From an uncultured Desulfospira sp. (GTDB lineage: Bacteria; Desulfobacterota; Desulfobacteria; Desulfobacterales; Desulfobacteraceae): 64,000 nt of DNA. The stretch is from contig OY760175.1 of assembly GCA_963663165.1 (NCBI GenBank), positions 4,768,001 to 4,832,000 of the forward strand, written 5' to 3'. Positions within the stretch are counted from its first letter, which is position 1. Each line of letters opens with the position of its first letter. The notes under the pieces are model-generated. The model worked only from the letters and a program-made list of their open reading frames with translations, was not told the origin of the DNA and did no database searches. Below, piece after piece: positions 41,026-50,000 of the stretch. The translations under genes were made by a program, and so were the position numbers.

Positions 41026-44000
41026 CTATGCCGGCTGAGCCTCCCAGGTGACCTTATGGTCGATCCGGTGTTCTTTATCCAGCCGGGCCAGTTTGACCAT
41101 CTGAAATTCGTTGATTTCAATGCAGACCTTGCCTGCTGAATCAGCCAGGGTCAGGTTATAGGTATTGGTTTCCTCTCCGGAGTCTATTTTCCGGGTGATG
41201 CAGTAATAAGGCGTGTTCTTTTCCGGTACACGGTAAAAATTCATCTCCTCAATTTTAAAGGGCAGCACGGTTCTGGAGGATGTCAGAAACTCCAGGAGTC
41301 CGCCGGTCTGGAACATGGCGTCCACCAGGACCGGTGAGGCCTGGAATTTGGGATTCTTCTCTCCTTTGAAAAATTCAGCCTCACTGCTGTCCTCAACCGT
41401 GGTGACCAGGGTGGTGCCGTCAAAGGAGTTGATATCCGTTATGGTGGCGAACAGCCCGAACATGAACAGCCGGTTGGGGTGGTAGACCAGGGAATCTAAA
41501 TCGCCCTCCCAGGACAGGGGAGAAAATGGCCCGATCTCAATGGTTTTTGAATCCGGCCGGGTTTCTGAAAATTCAAATACCCCCTGGTAATGAAGTTTGG
41601 GGTCCCCCATCACCTGTCCTTTGGGGTTTTTAAATACCGATTCTATCCGGCAGGCCACGGCCTGATCGTCTTTGAGGTCCGCCTGGATCATCAGTTCTTT
41701 GGGGCGGCCCTTGAGCAGCTTGATGCCGTAAGGGATATGAAAGTCCTTAAGCCTGGTGAGATGCTCCCGGCCGCCGGTTAGATTCCGGGCCGCCTCGGCC
41801 ATGGTCTCCACGCCGGTGGAGCCCAGGAACAGGGGCACATCCCCCATGGTATGGTCTTCAAGGAAAATGTCGCGGTTCAGGTCCAGGGTCCTGGCCCAGG
41901 CCTTGCTGTCCGGGGTATCTTTGATGGGGTCATCCAGAAAGGGGAATCCTCCGGGGTCTCCCAGGAGCCCGTCGATGTCAAACTCGTAATCCAGGCCGGA
42001 AAAAACCATTTCAGACTCTGTTCTGTCCAAAAGGTCGGCCATGAAGAATTTGACGCCCTGGTCCATGGGCAGGAATTTGATGCCCCGGTCTTCCAGGACC
42101 TTTTTCACCGTGGAATTGGTAGCCATGCCCACCCCGTCCCAGGCGGTCCAGGCATAGACCTTGTACGCCCTTTGAGGATGAAGCTGTTTTTGCCGCAACA
42201 GGGTTTTGCCCAGGAAATCGTTGGCCGCCGTATAATCGGCCTGGCCCTGGTTGCCGAACCGGGCCGTCACCGAGGAAAAGGTCAGAAAATACTTATAATC
42301 CTTTTCCTGGGCCGCCTTGAGCAGGTTCCGCATGCCTTTGATCTTGACATCCGTGACCAGCTCAAAGGACCAGAGCTCCTTTTTGGGGATAAACTGGCTC
42401 ATCTCCATGCCGGCGGCATGGAAGATCCCGTCGATTTCCGGGCAGGCATCCACGGCTTTTTTCACCGCCTCATAATCGGTGACATCGGTGCAGATGTATT
42501 CCACGCTGATCCCCTGGGACCTGAGATATTCCATATTGTCCACAGCGGTCCTGACCCGGTTGAGCCGGTCCAGGGCCCGCTTGATCTCAACGGGCTTTGA
42601 CTTTGGCATATCCTCCCTGAGCATGGCCATGAGCTCGGCACTGGTGGCCTGTTTGTCCAGGAATTTGGGGTCTGTGGCATAGATATCGTTGATATCCAGG
42701 ATCACCAGGTTGACCTTGTACTCCTGGACCACCTGTTTGATGATCTCATAGGTGATGCCGCCGGCCCCGCCGGTGACCAGGAGGGTGTCGTTGTCATTAA
42801 TGATTCTTTCAGTTTGATCCGGGGCACTGGTTTTCATGGACAATACATACCGCTGCAGGTCCTTGTACCCGGCCTCGCACCTTGGGTCATCAGACAACAG
42901 CTCATTGATGAACAGGTCGCTGATTTCAGTCTTGCTTTTCAAGGGGTGAGGGTAAGAAAAATCCACCACCTTGACCCGGGTATGTGCCATTTCCTTGTTC
43001 ACGGTTTTGAGCAGACCGGAAAGGCCCGCAAACATGGGATAGATGTCGTTGCATTCTTTCATATAGGGAAAGATGACCGAATCAAAGGCCATGGTGGCAA
43101 TGAGGGTGCCGGGCTTGTCCAAAACCTCATAAAGGGCCTGGATCAGGACAAAGGTGGATTTGATGGTGGTGTTCAGTTCCGGGTCTGATGCAAATTCATG
43201 GGTTTCCCGGTCAATATAGAAATCGAGGGGGGCCAGATGGATAAACCCGTCCAGATCCGGATGGCCGGACGCCAGTTCTTTTCCCACTAAGGCGGCGGCC
43301 CCAAGATCGGCAAAGGGCAGGGTCACATCCGGGTTCAGATCGGGATCACCCAGGGTGATTACTTCTCCCCCAAGGCGTTTGACCTGCTCGGCCACCACCT
43401 GTGCCATGCCGTGATGGTCAAGGGAAATCAGGATTTTCTTTTTCTTAAAATTCCGGCTTGACAGTTCGGGCAGGGCCGCCTCATTCACCCGGACCACCAG
43501 CCGTTTGATGGGAGAGGCGGGATCCGGAAGGGTATCGGTTTTGGCCGTCTTTTCATTGGCTGAGGGGGCAGGGCTCGGGCCCGATCCGGTTACCGGGATG
43601 GGCTCTTTACCGGAATGATCCGGTTCTGTGGCCCGGGACTCAATGTAGGCCGACAGCCGGGCAATGGTGTTCAACTCCCTGAGCTTAAGATCGTCGGGTA
43701 CATCAAATCCAAAATGGGTGGCCACTTTGCCGAAAATCTCCACCTGTTTGACCGTGTCAATGCCTAAGTCCGCTTCCAGATCCAGTCCCGGCTCCAGCAT
43801 GTCCACGGCATATCCGGTCTGGGCGGCAATAATTTCTTTTACCGTGTCCACAGGATCATTTCCCGGTACCGGGCCTGAGGTCTGGGGAATGGGTTCCGAA
43901 GCGACTGGGTTTTCCTGTGGCTCTGGTTTCGTTGCAGCTGTTCCCCCCCCGGTCCGGCTCACAATATAGTCGGACAGCCGGGCAATGGTGTTCAGGTCCC

Positions 44001-47000
44001 TGAGTTTGAGGTCATCCGGCACGTCAAACCCGAAACGGGTGGCCACTTTGCCGAAAATTTCCACTTGTTTAACCGTATCAATGCCAAGGTCTGCTTCCAG
44101 GTCCAGATCCGGTTCCAGCATGTCGACCGTATAACCGGTCTGTTCGGCAATCACGGCTTTGACGGTTTCCATGGGGCTTTCCAGGGTTTGAGGAGCCTGG
44201 GTATCCCGGGTTTCGAAAGATTCCGGCTCACGCTTTTCAGAAGGTGCTGCCATGGCAGGCCCAACCTTCTGGCTTACATAAGCGGCCAGCTTGTCAATGG
44301 TGTTCAGGTCTCGAAGCTTAAGGTCATCAGGCACGTCAAAGCCAAACCCTGAGGCAATGGTGCCGAAGATTTCCACCTGTTTGACCGTGTCGATCCCCAA
44401 GTCCGCTTCCAGATCCAGGTCGCCTTCCAGCATATCGGCGGCATACCCGGTCTGCCGGGCAATGATTTCCCGGATTCGTTCCACAGGATCGGGGCCTGTA
44501 ACCGGTTCTATCGATGCCGTTGCCGGTTCCACTGTTTGAATATCCGGTTCTTCAACCGGCACACTGTCATCGCCGGCCACCACGCACAGGGTATTGTCAA
44601 TGACCTTGAGTTCCGGGTGCGTTGAGCCCGTGATCTGCTTTAACCAGTTCTGATAGATCAGGTTGCCTTCCACCGGGTTTTCTTCCACCCGCTTGACAAA
44701 CATAAAGGCAAAATGGGAGCCGAACCCTGCAGACAGATGAAGCCCGTATTCGGCATTGATTTTTTCCCGGCCGGAAAAATTAAGGTTCCTGAACCGGTCC
44801 GGCACCTTTTGAAGGTTGGCAATGGGCGGGGCTTTTCGCTTCTGCAGGGCCTTGACCAGGACCACGTCTTCAATGGCTGCGCCTAAGGTGTGGCCGGTAA
44901 ACCCCTTGGTGTTGGAGATGCAGATGGTGTCCAGGTGGTCGGCAAAGGCTGATTCCAAGGCCGTGACCTCGGCATCGGCGGAGCCGCCCCGGGCCGGGGT
45001 ATAGGTTTCATGGGACATGAACAGCAGCTTGTCGGCATAATCCGTTTTGGTCAGGTTGTTCTGCTTCTCCACCTTGGCGATGAACTTGTTCATCTCCCGG
45101 GCCATGTGGGGCACATCAATGTTATAGGTATGATAGGCCGAGTTGGCGATATGGGTGCCCAGGATCTGGCACTGGCCGTTCATGCCGCGCTTGGCTGCGC
45201 ATTTTTCATCTTCAATGACCAGGCCCACGGCCCCGGCCCCCAGGATGGTGCCGTTCCGGTCCTCGTCAAAGGGTTTGGCCGCTTCAGACACCCGTTTTTT
45301 AATGGTGGCGGCGCCCAGGGCCAGAAAGCCTGAACCCACCCACTGGGCCTGGCGCGGGGAAGTGGCGTTCTCGCCGCCCACCACCAGAACCCGTTTGCAC
45401 CGGCCCACCCGGATCCAGTCCTCGGCAATGCCCATGGCCAGGGTGGTGGAGGCACAGGCTGAAGAGACCAGGGTGTTGGGCCCTTTGGCCTTGATGATCT
45501 GGGCTAAATGGGCCGAGCCTAAGGGGCAGGCATTGGCCAGGAAATTCCGGTCAAATTTATAGGTGGTAAAATCCGTTCTTTTCCGGGCCTTGGCCTTGAA
45601 AAACCATTCGGTAATCTCTTCTTTGACATTAAGATCGTTCACCTTTTCCATGAGGAAATAATAGATCTTTTCAAACTCCTCATAGGGTTTGAGGAACAGT
45701 TTTTCATAAAAGTATTTTTCAAGTTCGGCCATAAGGGTTTCGCCGTTGGGCCACAGGGAGGTGATGATCACCCCGGTTTCCTCCTGCATTTCCTCGGGCA
45801 GGGCAAACCCGTCCGGGATCAGGGCTTTGCCGTCTTTCATTTTTTTATACTGCATGACCAGGGGGATGTTGGCATCTTTAAGGGCCTCAATGCCTGCGGC
45901 AATGCCCAAGGACATGGCAATGTCATACTCTTCTTTGATCCCGTATTCATCGGTCAGGTTAAAGTATCCGAGCTGGCCGGCCAGATGGATCACGTCTTCT
46001 GTCTTGGTAATCTGGACAAACCGGGCATTGCCGTCGGGTTCTTTGAACAGCTTGGTAATGTTCTTGTCCGTGATCCTGGCCTGGTCTTCCTGGGACAGGG
46101 ATTCAATAAAATTTTTGCCGTTGAGAATGGCGTCAAAGTTGTCCTTGGCAAAGACGTGCCGGGCCTTTCCGGGAAGCCCTACGGATACCCCTGAAATCAA
46201 GATGCGCCGGGTGTTGAAATCGTACCGTTTGATGGCGTCAATGGCGGCATCCCGTTTCTTGCGCTGAAATTCTTTGTACAGGATTTTGTCAATCAGGCTC
46301 TGGTTGTCCTGTTTAAAGGATTCAAAATCTTCTGAAATGTCGGCCCCGGCCATATCGGCAAATGACAGCTCGTTGCTGACGTTTGCCTGTTCCGGTTCAT
46401 CCGGAAAAGGGTCAACGCCTGGCCGGTCAGGAATCTCTCGGACCGGCCGGGATTTGAACAGGGCGTTCAGGGAGATCAGGTACTGGCGGCAGGCTTCAAA
46501 GGATTCGACCTCGCCTTTTTTGGGGTCCACGGACACGGTGGTGCCGTATTCGCCGATATTGATATACTTGAGCAGGTTGACCAGGAGCCTGGACGGCCCG
46601 ATTTCAATAAAATGGGTTTTGCCCGAGGCATACACATGTTCAATGGACTTGATAAACTCCACCGGCGAGACAATCTGCCGGGCCAGCAGGTCCTTGATTT
46701 CGGTCACCTGTTTGGGATAGGGGGCGGCCAGGGTATTGGAGATGATTCTGCCGTATCCGGCCCGTTTAAAGGTTAAGGTATCCAGGTACTGGCGAAGCTT
46801 TTCCGACGCATCGGCCAGCAGCGGGGTATGGAAGGCCCCGGTGAGGTTAAGCTTCTTGAACATCACCTTTTCTTCTTTCAGGAAGTCGCAGAATTTTTCA
46901 ATGCTTTGGGCCTTTCCCGATACAGCGGTCTGTTTTTCACTGTTTTTATTGGTGATATAGATATCCGATACAAAGGATTTTCGGATCAGTTTTTCGGTTT

Positions 47001-50000
47001 TCTTTTCATTTTCAAAGACCACCATGATTTTGCCGGGCACTTTTAAGGTGGATTCATGCATGAGATCAGATCGTTTAATAACCAGGCGCATGGCATCCTC
47101 AAATCCCAGGATGCCCGAGCAGAAAAGGGCGGTATATTCCCCCACACTGTGGCCGATAAAATAATCCGGAGAAAACCCTTCAAGGGCCAGGCGGCTGCAA
47201 ACGGCGGCCGATGACAGGAATACCGCGGCCTGGGTATTCTGAGTGGAATTTAAGGACTCATCTTCTCCAAACATCAGATCCAGGAGGGAATAGCCCCGCT
47301 GTTCTTTGAAGATGGCCTCACCTTTTTCCATGACCTCCCGGATATGGGCGTCTGATTCAAACAGGGTCTTCATCATGCCCGGATGCTGGGCGCCCTGGCC
47401 GGAGAGCAGGGCCACGATGCGCTGCTTTTTGCCCCCGGGGCCGGCAGACCAGGCCGTGTCTGAAAGGACCCGGTCATCTTCGGGAACTGCCGTAAAGGAA
47501 ACATCCACTACATTATCCACTTTGTGTTGTTCCGGGACCAGGCGGGCCGGCAAGGCTCCCATGATCAAATGGGCATGGTTGCCGCCAATGCCGTTGACGT
47601 TGCTGGCAAACCGCAGGGGCCGGCCCGGTCTGGCATTGGTGAGTTCAAGGGCGGGTTTCAGGATGGCGCACTCTTTGATAATGGAGTGTTCCCGCTCAAA
47701 GTTAAAGTCCGGCAGGATTTTCCCCTTGGCATTCATGAGCATGAGCTTGGCCATGGCCACGGCCGGGTTGGCCGCCTTGAAATATCCGAACTGGGGCTTG
47801 ACGTTGCCGCAGTGCATGGGATGGGAAAAGCAGGCCTGGGTGACCTGTTTTTCAATCATGTCCCCGAAGATATTGGAGAACGCGAACAGATCCAGGTGGT
47901 CCACTTCAGATTTTCGGATGCCGCTTCGCCTGTAGGCCTGGTTGATGGCCGACACAAAGGTGTGTTCCGACGGGGCCAGCAGGTGATCCGGCACCGAAGA
48001 TTTGACCGCACACTCGTTGATTTCCCCCAGGATTTTCATGCCGGATTCGGTGGCCTTTTTATAGGTGGTCAGCACATGAATGGCCGCCCCTTCGCCCATG
48101 ACATACCCGTCTGCCCGGTCGTCAAAAAAGTTGCAGTCCCCGGATGAGAGCAGGCCTAAGCGTTTAAAGGCCATGAGAACCGCCGGATACAGGTTGCAGT
48201 CCACGCCCCCGGCCAGGCAGAAGTCCATGTTTTTTTGTTTTAAGTCCCTGGCCGCATTCCGGATGGCAATCACGGCCGAGGCGCAGGAGGCGTCCACCAC
48301 GTAGTTGGCCCCGTTCAGGCCAAAGTAATTGGTGATCCGGCCCGAGATGATATTGGACAACAGTCCCGGGGTGGTGTCTTCGTTGTTTTCGGGGATGGTG
48401 GACCGGATAACATCTACCAGCTGCCCGGCCACTTTATCCAGAACAGCGTCATCCACATCGGCGGTCTGTTTAATGATGTTGGCCAGCATCAGCTTTCTGA
48501 CCCTTAAGATGTTTTTGCTCTGCCGCTCCCCCGGTATGGTCCCGAGGATCACCCCGGTCCGGGCGGCGGCCTGTTCCTGTTTCAGCAGTCCTGATGATTC
48601 CAGGGCCTCGGAGGCGGCGGTCAGGCCGAACAGCTGGCCCCGTTCAACGGATTTGACCATGGTGGGGGGCATCCGGTATTTCAGGTTGTTGAACTGAAAG
48701 TCTTTGACAATCCCGGCTTTCAGGTGGGGCAGATGGTAATGGGATTTTTTATCCAGCCGGCTGTAGGCGTCATTGTCAAAGTGTTCACCCGGGATCTGAG
48801 ACAGCTGCTTTTCTCCGGATACCAGCTTTTCCCAGAATTCTTCGCTGTTTTTTGCGCCGGGTAGAAACACCCCTAAACCGGCCACAACAATCCGGTCGTC
48901 GTTAAAATCATAAGACAGGTCCCTGAAAAAATCCCGGGGCACTGGAACGTAGGACGGGGTCATCTCTTCTAAAGCCACGTGGTAGTTGATTCCCCCGAAC
49001 CCATAGGAAGACACGGCCGCTTTCCGGGATTGGCCGTCCCGGGGTTCCCAGGGCTGCTGATCTTTAACAATATAAAGGGAGGACCCGGACAGGTCATGGC
49101 TTGAAGACAGGGTTTCAAAATTTCCATTGGGGGGCAGCACCCCTTTTTGGACGGCCAGCAGGGCCTTGAGCAGGCCCGCCGACCCGGCACACCCGAGCAG
49201 ATGGCCGATCTGGGATTTAATGGAAGAGACCCCGGCCCTGGCCCCGGTGTATCCGGCGGTCAGGGTTTCAAGCTCGGCCTGGTCCCCGATAATGGTAGCG
49301 GTGCCGTGGGCCTCAATGAATTCAATCTGATCGGGGTGAAAGCCTTTTCTGGTGTTCTCATAGCAGCGCTGGATACTTAAAAGCTGCCCCTTGGGATTCG
49401 GGGCCGCAATGGCCTTGCCCTTGCCGTCGGAACTGGACCCGATGCCGTTGATGATGCCGAAAATCTGGTTGTTATCCCTGAGGGCATCTTTCATCCGTTT
49501 GAGGACGAACACCACCGACCCTTCGCCGAGAACAAACCCGTCGGCCCGCTGGTCAAAGGGATGTGATCCCGTGGCGGACAGGGTCCCCATTTTGGCAAAC
49601 CCAATAAAGGATTCCGGTGCCAGGTGGGTGTTGACCCCGCCCACGATGACCTGGTCAACTTCCCCTGACAGCAGCTCTCCGGCCGCCGCATCCAGGGCCG
49701 TGATTGATGAGGCGCAGGCCGCATCCACAATATAATTGACACCTCTGATGCCCAGATGCCGGGCAATCCTGGAGGCTTCAATGTTCAGCAACATGCCGTG
49801 AACCGGGTCATACCCCTTGTTTTCGCCTTCGATCCCATCCAGAAGGGCCTGGTTGATTTTTTCTTTTTCTTCGGGGTCAAGGGCCTGATAAGCCTCGGTC
49901 TTTTCCAGCATGGAAACCAGTTGAGGATACCAGTACTTGAGCTGAAGGTCATTGCCCAGTTCATTGGACAGGCAGGTGGCAATGATGACGGAGGTCCGGG

